48,250 nt of DNA from Octopus bimaculoides (GCF_001194135.2 NC_068994.1:53240810-53289059), one strand, 5' to 3'. Positions 26,995 through 38,914 are shown, numbered from the stretch's first letter. Translations and numbers: made by a program. The notes: generated from the letters alone by a model not told the origin.

Positions 26995-27099
26995 GTAATT
27001 AGAATATAAATTATAATATTTTCACAGTCACGGGTTTTATGTTCGAACCTCAGCTAGAAATAATAGCCTAAATGAAACGAAAACATATAGGCTGTCAAT

Positions 27100-27750
27100 A
27101 AAAGAAAAATGATTAAATAAAACAATATAGCGGTGATACAAGTCCACAGTAGAACGGTGAGCGTCACAACACCGTTTATTCCCTCGCTTAAGACAAACCC
27201 AACTCCTTTGTACATGTTGAATATGGGTTCCGACTTGCGAGTTTATAAACTCAACGCTCTATGGCGAAATTAGTACCCTGGTGTCTCAGTAATATGTAAA
27301 TATGCACGCCACAAGTCACTTTAAATAGCTCTTCCTAACAGGACTGAATGGCGAATGCAATCTTTGAGCATTTTACGATCTCAGGAATGTACGGCGAAAA
27401 TAACTTCTCGAGTTTTGCGACGTACACTGCCAAAAACTCACTGTTCGGGTAGTAGCTTTTGGCCCCGGTTGTACTTTCTTCTCAAACAGATTGTTTCGTC
27501 TATTTCAGCAATTCCACTGGAACCACCAGTCTTCATTGGATTGCGGAGTAAATCGGATGCGTAGACCTCCCGTAAATATTTTTATAATCTACTGCTGCAG
27601 TCGCACAAGTCCCTAGTTCATATCCTTAGAAAACCTAGTTGTTGTCAACTCTGAGCAAGTAGTAGATAAACAAAATAATACTTCTGAACGGAAGGGTTCG
27701 CCCTTCCAAACATGTGCCTCTTCTAACAGACATAGACTCTCAACATCCTT
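27100..27750 (-). mobile_element. Merlin (IS1016/IS1595-ISXO2-like) DDE transposase relic
   Basis: Minus-strand translation: SVRRGTCLEGRTLPFRSIILFIYY...AVDYK/YLREVYASDLLRNPMKTGGSSGIAEIDETICLRRKYNRGQKLLPEQ*VFGSVRRKTREV...DR...SDLWRAY.../FINSQVGTHIQHVQRSWVCLKRGNKR. This matches the family motifs VEIDE, RKYNRG, WVFG, SDxWRAY and HTQxxERxW. Confidence 0.88.
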
Positions 27751-28674
27751 CAAAAATGATTAATGAAGCGGAGTTGTTATGAAAACAAGGAGTTTCTATT
27801 TCCAGTGTAAGGTAAGCGGTTTACAATCTATTAGCAAAAAATATCAAACTTTAAATGCTTCTAACTTCATTATAAATTATCCAAAATAATGAACGCGATA
27901 TTTGTCACCAGCACGCAAAACCATATCAAAAGCATATTATTTGAAATTTTTCAGATTACAATTTGTCATTGAAAGAAAATGAAAATGATCCGAAAAAGAT
28001 AGGATTAAAAGCATAGTACACAGACTAAAAACAATAATAGAGAAAAGTGTGTAGAAGCACGTCAGTAATATTGGCGAAAGTTTCTATAGCCATACATATA
28101 TTCTTTTACAGCTGTTCTTTGTTATCTAGACACACACTAAAGTTCATACGAATACTTTATATTTTTGTGTATCAAAATATATTTGGAACTTTACGGATAT
28201 AAATCATTTAATCATACAAAATTTTCTCAAACTTCTAGACATCATCCATACTCACGTCAGAATTCGAATTCTGCTTAAGAAACTATTAAGAGCAAATTCA
28301 TGTTAGTCTTTGTGGGAAGTGTAAATAATGGCTTATATCTATGCAGCTATAAATATTTAATTTCCCAATTATTTATTGTCTGAGATTTGTGTGCATGTGT
28401 ATACGCAATAATTTATATGAATTTTTTTTTTACTTCATTCCTTTTATCTACCGAAACTTCAGAATTTTTTGTGGATTTGTGCATACACACCACATATTAG
28501 CAACAACAAAAAATGCAGTGGAGAGTGAATATTAGACATCTATTATGATTGCAATGGGTTTTGCACGGTGCCCCTTATTCACAGTTCGATCAGTCAGCAT
28601 GGTCATGATATGTTCTCGGACATGTTCCAGCGATGACCGGTATGTCTCTCTGTCTCTCAAACTGTGTGTGTGTA

Positions 28675-29028
28675 GGCGCTGGCGTGGCTGTGTGGAAATA
28701 AGCCTGCTTCCCAACCACATGGTTCCTGGTTCAGTCCCACTGAGTGGTACCTTGGGCAAGTGTCTTCTACTACACCCTCGGGCCGACCGAAGCCTTGTCA
28801 ATGGATTTGGTAGACGGAAACTGAAAGACGCCGTCACACATATATATAAATGTGTGTGTGTGTGTGTGTGTCAGTGTTTATCTCTCACACTGATGTTGAG
28901 ATAAACAGAGCCTAGCGGTTCGGCCAAAGATTGACAGAATATGTACTAGGCTTACAAAGAATAGGTCCTGGGGTTGTTTTCTTCGACCAGCAATCAAATT
29001 ACTTAAACAAGTAAATGAATAAAAGAAT
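28675..29028 (+). mobile_element. Near full-length SINE family A (internal deletion)
   Basis: GGCGCTGGCGTGGCTGTGTGG...GGTTCAGTCCCAC...CTTGGGCAAGTGTCTTCTAC...GGATTTGGTAGACGGAAACTGAAAG...CCTAGCGGTTCGGCCAAAG...AAACAAGTAAATGAATAAAAGAA. Confidence 0.9.
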
Positions 29029-29824
29029 ATATTTATGCGCGCGCGCGAGTGTGTGAAGCGTACCTACAGAATAATCGAAAATTAGTTAGTGTGCCAAAAT
29101 ATGCAATTTCTCCGGCTGCGTAGGTTTTCTGAAATTGTAGATTATGAGGAAAAAAGATACGGGAGAGGTTTCCCCGCATTTCATTTTAATTTTGGTACCT
29201 GACTTTTGACTTACACCGTATATTCTAACCACTTTAATATCAAAGCTAATAAAGTGACTAGTATTCTTAGCAGATGAATGGATTCTCCCTGTTTCTCCAC
29301 TGGTTTTCGTTGCTGATTCAGTAATGTTGGTTTATTGAACGGAGATATAGAGGGAGCTGTTCAAACCATGATCGTCCACTTTTTTGGTTAAGAGCCTGTT
29401 TGCAGAATTGCATTATCCTAAACACATAGCGTTTCTTTTTTCAACCAAACAAGGACCTTCTTGGCAACTTTGATATTATATTATTGACTTGTTTCAGTCA
29501 GTGAACTGTGGCCATGATACAGCACCACATTAGGTGGTTGTTTTTTTTTAGTTTATGGTCGGAGTTGACCTACACCAAATCAGATAGGTTATTACCAAAT
29601 GCGTTTTTAAAAAGAATCTATGGCTATATTAGTTATTTTGAAGTTTAGCTATTTCTCACAGAGACTACATACAGACGTGCTTGTTCCTACAATGGCGCCA
29701 GTTGCATTGTATATACAGGTGACTTGATTACAGATTGATCCTATTTGCATACCACGTCTTATCTTGGAACACTTTGTTCGTGTCACAGAAGAAATTCTTC
29801 AGATTAGGCTTTGCGTTTAACCCT

Positions 29825-29865
<41 letters not shown>

Positions 29866-31100
29866 TATTGCCATATAGGAATATTCTAAGTTAGTAAATA
29901 CACATATATATGTATATGTGTGTGTTTGTATATATATATACATACATAAACACACATTTGTGTGTGTATATATATGTATATAAGCACACACATTTGTGTG
30001 AATGTATATATATTCACACACACATTTGTGTGTGTCTGTTTATATATGCATTGTACGTTCAAACACAACTAGGGATATATGCAAATCTACTCATATGTAT
30101 ATATAAATACATAGTCGTACACACACATGATTATCTATATATATATTCTATGAAATACGCTTGAGTACAAATAAATTTCCTATTATCGGAAAGTTTGTAT
30201 ACGGGTTTCAAATATCATCGAAGCTAAAAGACAATGTCTTGTTTTTCACAAATGCATACTGTTGTAAACATATATTGCTTTAAAAGAAAGAAAAAAAGTG
30301 GATTTTGAATGGATAAAAAGGTTATATATGAATGCTATAAGCAGGGATTTGAACCAGGAATTTTTTGTATCTATAGACGTGCAAACCGTTTCGACTAATG
30401 TAACCCTCGGTCTCTATCTATCTTTGTATCTACATTTCTTTTTCTCCCCCTCGCTCTCCATTACACTTTCTCCCCGCTCTCTCTCATCAAGCAAACCTAT
30501 TTACATTTTGAACTGCGAAAACATTTTTTTTTTTTTAATCCGCGTTAATATTTATAGCTGCGTCCACTTGGATATAAACGGTTAAGTTGGTTCGTTAGTT
30601 TGGATTTTTTTTCTTACTTCGTAATTTATTGTCTCCGTTAATGCGATTCTTGGATGCCAAAAAATATTCATAGCTTCAAGCTAACTTCTCTTGAACTAGC
30701 AGGTCTTTCTACGATAAAATTTGATAGTTGAGGTTGCTGACCTCTACTTCTCAGAGCCACTACTATGTGAAGACTTAAAAAATATGGTTCTTATTCTCAG
30801 CAAGGTTAAAATTACGCAGATGTTAATATGAATGAAACAAGTGTTAAGAGATATTTGTCAAACGAAGGCTTTCCGTTTCTCGAGTTAGTATATAACGCGT
30901 GAGGTAGTATACTTTATTTCAAGCAGGTGGAGTGACAGTCATAGATGGCTCAAAAGAATCTATGGAATATATAGAAGTATAAAAGAAAAGAAGTAACGCA
31001 TTCATGTATAGAAACATGGAGTCTGGAGGAGAAAAAAACAGACAACAAAAATATATCTAACATAGGTGATAAAATTTATGTAGGTATGATATTAACGAGT

Positions 31101-31320
31101 GGAGGCGCAAGGCTTAGTGGTCTTGAACTCATGAGCGTAAGATTGTGGTTTCGATTCCTGAACCGGGTGATACGTTGTGTTTTTGAGCAAAGGACTTCAT
31201 TTCACGTTGCTCCAGTCCACTCAGCTGAGGAAAATGAGTAATCCTGCGACAGATTGGCGTCCCGTCTACTGAAACCGGGAAACCTGCCCTTATTAGCTTG
31301 GCATTGCTCGAGAACGAAAA
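31101..31320 (+). mobile_element. tRNA-derived SINE family C
   Basis: GGAGGCGCAAGGCTTAGTGG (A box)...GGTTTCGATTCC (B box), then TTGTGTTTTTGAGCAAAGGAC...TTGCTCCAGTCCACTCAGCTG body. A related body is at 35805-35875. Confidence 0.8.
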
Positions 31321-32639
31321 AAAATTATATTAAATGATGTAGCAAGCATATCATATAGAAAATAAGATATCAAATGCTTAAAATAGCGAATATTGCATAA
31401 AGTAGTACAGGATATGTAGAACGGTGTGACGCTTCTAGATGAAGAGTCTTGGCTCATAGGTCAATTTGATTTGATCAACGATGACCCGGGAACAAAGCAA
31501 TAAACATAACAAAAGAAAGTTCACAACAAAATGTCGGATTTTTTCTCCTATCAATTTTATATTAAACTGTCAGCTAATAACATTACATATTCCCCTCCTT
31601 CTGCCATTATGATTGGCTGTTCTATCTTAAAGCTAATTCTAAAATAACTCTGATAACAAAACACTAAATATATTTCCCTGGGAAGTTGGACGTGAACTGT
31701 ATTAATTGTGCCGTCTACATAGATTTTTCCTACAAATGTCAATTTAAAATAGATGATGTATATATTGCACTTCTTTCGCAGACAACTAGATCCGATAATC
31801 ATTAGAAAGAAATTTTTCTATTTTTTATAAATTTCTGTATATCTTAATGCTGATGTACTCTAAAAAGCTACAAAACTGCAGTATTAGTCTCTAGTCAGCA
31901 TCTCGTATAGACATCACAGAGGTGTGTGGGCAGCAGATGAAAAGCGTACAGTAGCGGTGGTAGAATTGCTAAATCCTGATTTCTTCTTTGCGCATCATCA
32001 GTAGCACGTATCCACAAACAACCAATTTCTTAAACAAATTTAGCTTCAATTGATAGAGAAAAAAGTGATTAACATATCACTGGTGTCGCAAGTAGCCTGC
32101 GGGCTGGGTAAAACAATTATTATTATTAGTTCAACATACATTATACTTATTAGTTCAAATATATCATATTTAACGTGGAAATCCACAAAACTGTAGAGAT
32201 TCCCCAAACTGTCATATTTGTAGCCACGATAAGTAAGCTATACGGAATGTTATTTTGAACTAATACTGATTCTGTCGTTAGAAATGAATTTTGTTTCTTT
32301 TATTTTATTTATTTGACATCTTTGGGAACAACAACGTCCTCGATGTCGGGTTCCACATAATGCCATATATCCAGCCTAAATCGGTAATAGCGTTCCACAG
32401 AACACACTGTCCGTTTCTTCTATTCTTTCTTCTCTTTGCTTTTCCTTAATAACAAAAAAAAGCAAAGGATCATTGTACGTAACTTAGAACACTTTATTCC
32501 TTATTCTTCCTTTCAGCGTTAAACTATTATTATATTCATTATACAGCTGGTTTGCCATTACATTTAAGATGGAAAGAGTAAGGAATAAAATAAGAAAGAA
32601 ATAAAGAGATATGAAGGAATAAATAGACAGTATATCAAA

Positions 32640-33100
32640 TTATGATTTATTAACCTAGATTTACATTTAGACGCAAAATTATTCTTGTGATCCCTGATCA
32701 CGATAAGAGCATTATGCTTTGCTAGTGTCTCTACTCTGTCATTAAAGCTATGTTTTATGCAGTATTGTATCATTATATGCTTCTGGCTTGCTTTCATATA
32801 ATTTTGTGTAATGCTATTATTTAGGAGCTGTCCATATAACCTATCATCTACTTCATAAAAGTTCTTAGATTTGTCTGAGAATAACAGCTTTCTATGGTTT
32901 TTGTTTTATGCTATCTGCTTTGAGTTACCCTTCAAAAGAAGTTGAGGATTTACAGAACGTACTGGTCAATATTATATCCAGAAGCTCCGTTTTGAATTCT
33001 TTAGGTTTTGGATCTATCTATGGTGGGTATCTTCGTGATTTTATTTCAAGGTCTTCGTTACAGTTTCGTGGCACCAAAGCAGAAACATGCCTTCCACCCC
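32640..33100 (-). mobile_element. Penelope-like element, N-terminal/RT-proximal fragment
   Basis: Minus strand: WKACF...KSRRYPP*...KEFKTELLDII... and LLFSDKSKNFYEV...LLNNSITQNYMKA...NDRVETLAKHNALIVIRDHKNNF...KSRLIN. This matches PLE motifs (ADKTxNxY, LLxNNITxxYKK, FITLKDHKxNF, CRLINP). Confidence 0.85.
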
Positions 33101-33228
33101 ATATAACTGAGGTCCACAGTGACTGATCATTCTATTATGTTTATATATATATTTCAAAATGTAACCACATGTGGATCGTTGGCGATTTTTCCTTCCTTCT
33201 TTTTCTTTTGTACTTTCCTCCGTCTAAT

Positions 33229-33263
33229 GTTTCTAACGAAGAGCTTTGCTCGAAACGTAAAAC
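33229..33263 (+). ncRNA. Minimal type I hammerhead-ribozyme-like motif (degenerate core), PLE pseudo-LTR type
   Basis: GTTT-CTAACGA-A-GAGC(TTT)GCTC-GAAA-CGT-A-AAAC. Stem I is GTTT/AAAC, the core is CUGANGA with G5>A, stem II is GAGC/GCTC, followed by GAAA, a palindromic ACGT helix III and a GUA cleavage triplet. Confidence 0.65.
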
Positions 33264-33859
33264 TACATTTTTTTTTCCTTCCCCGAGCGTCTGCTAATAC
33301 TTTGCGTTGTTGTTTATTTTTCTCGAGTTGTTTTTTTCTTGTGTTTTTCCTCCTTTTTTTTATTAACACGCATACACACACACATATATATATCCCTTTA
33401 TACTTCTTATATCCATCCTTTTCCAAAATAACTCCTCACATTGAACTCTACTATTTCCTTCTAGTTAACTCTCATATCGACTCCGATGAACAGATATCCT
33501 CTAATATCCTAGAAACAGCTGTAAGACTACCTTTCTCTTTATAAATATCCTACAAGTTCCACACAGCCTTGACTTTGTTGTCTCATTTTGTTTAACATAT
33601 ACATGCTCACACAAAATCCAAACTAGACTTCTCACTGATATTGTTATCGAACCGAGAATCTAACTTCGGTCTTCCCGTGGCACTTACATAGCCTTACCTG
33701 CCATCTTGGGTCTTCTGAATACCAATAACTCTCATATAATTGCGTGTATATATATACATTATACTTTCTATTCATAGAACAGTCCACATGGCCCAAAGAA
33801 CCTTTTGGTTGATGAAAATTGATAAACGTATTTCAGTTATATATTCGTTGCTTCCAAAA

Positions 33860-34050
33860 TTAATACCATATCCCCTGATGAAATGAACGCATGAACTAAG
33901 ATCCACCTAATATCCCTGGATATTATGGATCGTGCTGTAATCTTCCAAGAAATACGTGATTTGTGGAAACGCGCGTTGCGATCCAGTAAAAAGAGTAAAA
34001 TTACCAGCGACCTCCCTGACGTTTTGGACAAAATCTTAAAACAATATCTG
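33860..34050 (+). mobile_element. Possible very old CR1/L2-like RT fragment
   Basis: Motif order SPDEM...AVIFQE...WKRA...KK...NY/TSLT...KIL resembles the LINE RT N-terminus, but spacing is compressed. Confidence 0.3.
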
Positions 34051-34540
34051 TGTATCGCGATTTCCGAGTTATATCGTTTAGTACATCAAATGGGTAATAT
34101 TGTTCATAAATTCAAACGTTACTTAGTCGCTTATTTAATTCAGATTGATTAAGGTGCACCGATTAATTATTGCAGAACTAATAGAATATTAGCTTTGATT
34201 AAGGGAAATTCAGCTAATTATTACTCAGGGAAAATAGTTAATGAGAAAAAAAGAAAGTAGCAAAGGTCTCAGCGAAATTTGAGAGGAGAGGGAGATGAAA
34301 ATACAAGAAAAGAAAGGGAATGGAAATAATTAATATATAGAGATAGCAATAATTAGTGTCAGTTTCTTTAACATATAATATTTAAATAGAAACATAATGG
34401 GAAAAATGTAATCGACAATGTTGACATAAACGAGTGAATGTGTACACTAGACTAATGAAAGTAGTGTAGGCAATAATCGGTATTAACAGATAAAAATGCG
34501 TCGGTTAAATATTGAAATTTAGAGAGATCAATTATATTAG

Positions 34541-34750
34541 TTTCAAATTTTAGCACCAGCCCAGCAATTTCGGGGAGGGCTTAAGCCGATTAAGTTGACT
34601 CCAGTATTCGATTGGTACTTATCCTATTGACCCCGAAAAGATGAAAGGTAAAGCCAACCTTGGTGGAATTTGAACTCAGAACGTAAAAACGGTCAAAATG
34701 TCGACGAGCATGTTGCTTGGCTTGCTAACAATTCTGCCAGCTCGCCGCCT
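34541..34750 (-). mobile_element. SINE family B, full length
   Basis: TTTCAAATTTTAGCACCAGC...GATTGGTACTTATCCTATTGACCCCGAAAAGATGAAAGG...GGAATTTGAACTCAGAACGT...CTGCCAGCTCGCCGCCT. Confidence 0.88.
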
Positions 34751-35309
34751 GAGGGAGAGGGAGAGAGAGGGAGAGAGAGCAGTTATACTGGCGTTATGAA
34801 GATAGGAGTCACAACAGCTAGAATTAATACGAAAGGACAAAACAGAACCGATAGCCGCATTCAATAAAAGACGAAAAGCCATAAATCCCAACATTTCTAT
34901 CACGCAATATTGTCACATTTAGATTAGATAAATTGAACAGATCGCTGTTAATACTAATTCAAAATATTGAGGAGTATTAAGAAATTATTCAAAGAATTTA
35001 TAAGGTTTATACAGAATTATAAAGACCATAACCAGGCAGGATGAAGCAAATATTATAAAGATACCACTCAAAATTAGAAGGAAATTGATTAAAGTCATTA
35101 GATTGTAAATTATATAAAATTACAATCATCAGTGTACGTCTTTAAAACTAAGGGTACTCAAAAGTAGCTTAAATATAATCCTGTAATTAGTGATAAGTTT
35201 TAGGATAGGCTACCTAAATATAATCCATGAGGTCTATATTCTATGGTTATAGATACGTATCTACCACCCGACTTATAGAATAGGTTTAAAGTTTTAAAAA
35301 GATCTACAG

Positions 35310-35640
35310 ATAAAATGTGGACATTTGATCTTTAATCAGATCTATTAATAGCATCTCCCGCATATTTTCAGATTCCCAGCAACTCGAAACAGCGGAGATT
35401 GCCACAATACCTATCACTAACATAAGGATTAATGTATCTAGTGATTCCCCATACTAAATAAAAATCGATAGTTTGTCCTTTAATTCCCAAACCTTCGCGG
35501 AGAATGGTGTTGCTTTGGCTTTATCTTATAATGAAACAATTGTAGCGCTAACAGATAACTCACTCGTCTGTTTTTCTTGTGATTTTAAACTACACTTAAG
35601 GTTTCATTCATGTTTGGACACAATTGGAGTTTCCAAACAT
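35310..35640 (-). mobile_element. Penelope-like element, C-terminal GIY-YIG-associated tail
   Basis: Minus strand across frameshifts: CP...VV, RYN, SAKVWELKDK/IDFYLVWGITRYINPYVSDRYCGNLRCFELLGI, then NRSD...KCPH. Cf. the PLE end IWELKD..I.W.I...PY....CNLC..EK...NKRSE...KCRH. Confidence 0.75.
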
Positions 35641-36679
35641 CAGCAAACTCCCTAGTCATCACTGCATTCTGTGCTATGGTAATAGATTACCCGTCTGATT
35701 TGCATCATCTGTCAAGACCTCTCCCTACACCCGTTAAATGTGTGTGTCCGTGTGTGTGTGTGATACACGATCGTATGGTTGTGCGTACGGTTCCTCAACC
35801 GGGCCAATCGTTGTGTCCTTAAGCAAGGCACTAAATAATACGTTGCTCCAATTTACTCGGCTGAATATATCTACCAGCTTTAATGCATGTACAACCCGCT
35901 CAACTTTCAGTTGAACTTCTTCCATGTTCTGCTGGGTCAATATCGTGAGAGGGACATAGAGGACATTTTGATTTGCTCTGCGACACCAATGCGGTGTAAA
36001 CAAGTAGCGGAAGCATGCAGCAAGGTCATACGCCCTTGTTTATGACGACTATGCCAGTAGGTTTGCGTGTGTTCGTGTGCGTATACGTATACAGATAGAG
36101 AGAGATAAATGTATGTGTGCGTGCGTATTTTTCAATTTGGTATGTGCTTTCAAATATAAATATTTGTGATCATGTATATGTAAACGTAGACATATGAATA
36201 CAAATAGACATAAAAGGCTATATATACATATATATAAATATATATATAAAGTTATACTCACTTAACCCATTATATAGTATATAGATTACAGTATAATGTA
36301 TTATCGAAAAAAAAAACGTTACTATTTTTTATTACAAAATAAAATCTGTTGTGAATAAAAGCACGTAAACAGCTGTATTTACGTCTGTCGTCTGTTTCAA
36401 TGATTTTTATCTTTCTTAAGATCTAGTCCTCGTCAGAAATGAATATCAAAGCAATTCTTTTGTTCATTTTTATTTTATTTATTTATTTTATGCAATCTGG
36501 TCTATTTATTTATGTATACTATTTATTCAGAATTTCGATATTTTCATTATTATATTTTTATAGTATTGTCATAGTTTCAAATTTTATTTATATACTTAAT
36601 TTTTTTTTTTTAATCAATGAAACTTTCAAAACCGATAGTTCAAGAATGAATATTTGATTACTTTTTTTCTTGTCACCGC

Positions 36680-36860
36680 GCTGGGGTGCATCTATTTGCT
36701 CCACCAACCTGCAAGGTACAGCTACCAAATCTATCTTAAATCACATCCTGCCTTCATAAGAAAAATAGGAACGATATATAATTGACTGGTAGATGTACTA
36801 AGTCTGGAAGAATGACAGGAAGGTCAACCCTGGAAATCTTTTAATTATGAACTTATAAAA
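36680..36860 (+). mobile_element. Unclassified retroposon family E copy (opposite orientation to the 39.6-41.3 kb cluster)
   Basis: Reverse complement contains GTGATTTAAGATAGATTTGGTAGCTGTACCTTGCAGGTTGGTGGAGC, matching the cluster motif. Confidence 0.55.
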
Positions 36861-36904
36861 CAGACCTAACTTGGAGTTATTCGGTAGCCAAAATAAGGGG
36901 TTTT

Positions 36905-37108
36905 GATATAAGCACAAAGCCAGAAATTTTAGAGAAGTAGGTCGTCGGTACCATTGAGCCTAATACTTTAGATGTAATTCAGATGTATTGTAATTACTAT
37001 TAATGGATGAAAGGCATAGCGGGGCTTGGTGGGATTTGAACTCAGAATGGAAGAAGTCGAAACAAATATCGCATGTCATTTTATCCGACACTCTAACGCT
37101 TCTACTAG
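36905..37108 (-). mobile_element. SINE family B, diverged
   Basis: GCACAAAGCCAGAAATTTT...GATGAAAGGC...GGGATTTGAACTCAGAA...CTCTAACG. Confidence 0.75.
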
Positions 37109-37137
37109 ATTATAAACCCCTGGTAACAACTACTACA

Positions 37138-37354
37138 AAGTCGGCGAGATTGCAGAATGATTAACACATCACACAAAATGCATAGTAGCACTTGCTCAGA
37201 CTCTTAACGTTCTAAGATAAAAACTCCTGAAGTGGTCGACTTTGCCTTTCAGTTTTTCTGAGTCGATTAAATATGAACTGGTCGAGCGTTGGGATCGAGC
37301 TATCGATTAACCCCTCCTCCTAAAGTCGCTGGCGTTGTACCAAAATTTGAAACC
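37138..37354 (+). mobile_element. SINE family B, sense orientation
   Basis: AAGTCGGCGAGATTGCAGAATGATTAAC...GGTCGACTTTGCCTTTCA...GTCGATTAAA...CCAAAATTTGAAACC. Confidence 0.8.
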
Positions 37355-37519
37355 ATTGTTATTCATCATCAGAAGTTAAAATGTGACATTTGGGCCGCAT
37401 GTTTCGTGCATGGCACTTATCAGGTTATATTTCAATGAAAGATGCAAGTGGTTATATACATGTGCACAGTTGCAGTCTTTTCTTTAAAAATGCTTGTATA
37501 CTAAATATTTGTTATTAGT

Positions 37520-38030
37520 AGCAAGATGGGGTGCTACTTAGATGACCACTTCTGTTGCTGCTGCTGCCGCAGTAGTTGTTGCAGCTGTGTTGCTGCTGTT
37601 GCAACCATATAGTTGTTTCTGCTCCTGTTTGTTCGTTTATTTTTTCTTGTTGCTTCTGCTGTTGGCGCTCTGTTGCCAGAATTATTGTCGCTACAGTTGT
37701 CGTTACTGTATTATTGTTGTTGTTGTTAACTCACGCTGTCATAAGTTACTTTTCTGCCGTTGTATCTGTTATTACAACATTTCTACTATTGCCGTTGTTA
37801 TTGTTGTTGAGCTGGTACTGTTGATAGTTACGATAATACTGATGGTGATGATTCTCTTGTTATTGCTGTTGTTGATGAAGTGGTGAATAATTATGTTACT
37901 GCTTTTGCTGCCGTTTTTGGTTATCCTATCCTTATTGATGTTGATATTACGGTTACTATTGTTATTCTTGTAGCTGTTATTTAGCTTTTCGAGTGGCTCT
38001 ATCCGTGTATAGACGTCTACAGTTACCACT
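37520..38030. repeat. Degenerate (GTT/GCT/ATT)n trinucleotide sea
   Basis: 3-nt periodic GTT/GCT/TAT mosaic. Similar blocks at 40340-40420, 40620-40920 and 46040-46160. Confidence 0.85.
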
Positions 38031-38179
38031 TCAGCATCTCTGTCGATTTGAAACGTGATTCTCTTTCAGTATCGCATTTATTATGTTATTCCTTGGAGAA
38101 AAGCCATATGCGATAGGCCAGGGTCATATCCAAGAAAGAATATGGGCTCTAATCAATTCATAATCTGGAAAGTAGAGAT

Positions 38180-38620
38180 AAGCTCCAGCTTTTATGATTC
38201 AGAAATGGACTGACTTTCTTTATGGCTCATCCCTTGTTAATACCGAACATACGTGATGCAGTAAATAGGGGGGGGGGAATGCTTCACTAAAGATTCTCCT
38301 CTTTCAGTTGAAAACTTCAGGCTACGGCAAGCGAGCACTGAGTTCCGCCATCTTGAGGTCATCACTACAGCCAAACAGCTGGTCCAAATGCTGTAGGAAG
38401 AATAAACACATCTGCGAGGATTCGAATAGAAAGCACCCCGCCATGGTCCGGATTGTGTTTTTACTATCACATCATCGCATCTCTACAAACCGGGATCCAC
38501 TAAACGGCTTTCGTTATCTCATATGAAATAGCACGAGCGTTAGCTCTCACTACACAACCTTCTTACACCGAATCAGAGAAACCATCGAGCGCCATTTTTG
38601 CCGCTAAGCGCATTGCTCTT
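38180..38620 (+). mobile_element. Probable degenerate CR1/L2-like LINE 3' ORF2 fragment
   Basis: QKWTD, RHLEVIT (cf. RDLGVI), WSKC, LYK and IRETIERHFCR (cf. IESVQRRFTR) appear in the expected order with frameshifts. Confidence 0.45.
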
Positions 38621-38697
38621 CTAACCTGCTGACAAGTTCCTTTTCTTATCGTTTTCTTCCATGCCGTGAACGATGCAATCATCGTTCTACGAATATT

Positions 38698-38882
38698 GAT
38701 TTCAAATTTCGGTACAAAGCCCGCAAATTCGGAGGAGGAGATAAGTCAATTAAATCGACTCCAGTGCTCAATTGGTACTTATTAGTCGATCTCAGCAGAA
38801 TTTGAACTCAGATTGTAAAGACGGACGAAATGCTGCCGAGCGCTTAGTCCGGCGTGCTAACGATTCTGCCAGCACACCGCCT
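38698..38882 (-). mobile_element. SINE family B
   Basis: ATAAGTCAATTAAATCGACTCCAGTGCTCAATTGGTACTT...GAATTTGAACTCAG...CGTGCTAACGATTCTGCCAGCACACCGCCT. Confidence 0.9.
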
Positions 38883-38914
38883 TACATTTTATTAATATTA
38901 ACTATGCAGGTCGT

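Noticed and set aside
27806-27811. 6-nt microexon-like TTTCCAG|TGTAAG|GTAAGC
   Set aside because: The pyrimidine tract is short, the site adjoins or lies within the antisense Merlin relic, and chance occurrence is plausible.
33430-33730. Possible + strand PLE-associated ORF start after the hammerhead motif
   Set aside because: It has multiple stops and I could not match a defined motif, so it is left unannotated.
33925-34152. 75-aa protein-looking ORF MDRAVIFQEIRDLWKRAL...
   Set aside because: There is an in-frame stop just upstream and no convincing splice sites. A degraded LINE RT fragment explains it better.
37542-38029. Hydrophobic/Cys-rich ORFs (also 40630-40996)
   Set aside because: Artefacts of degenerate GTT/GCT trinucleotide repeats.
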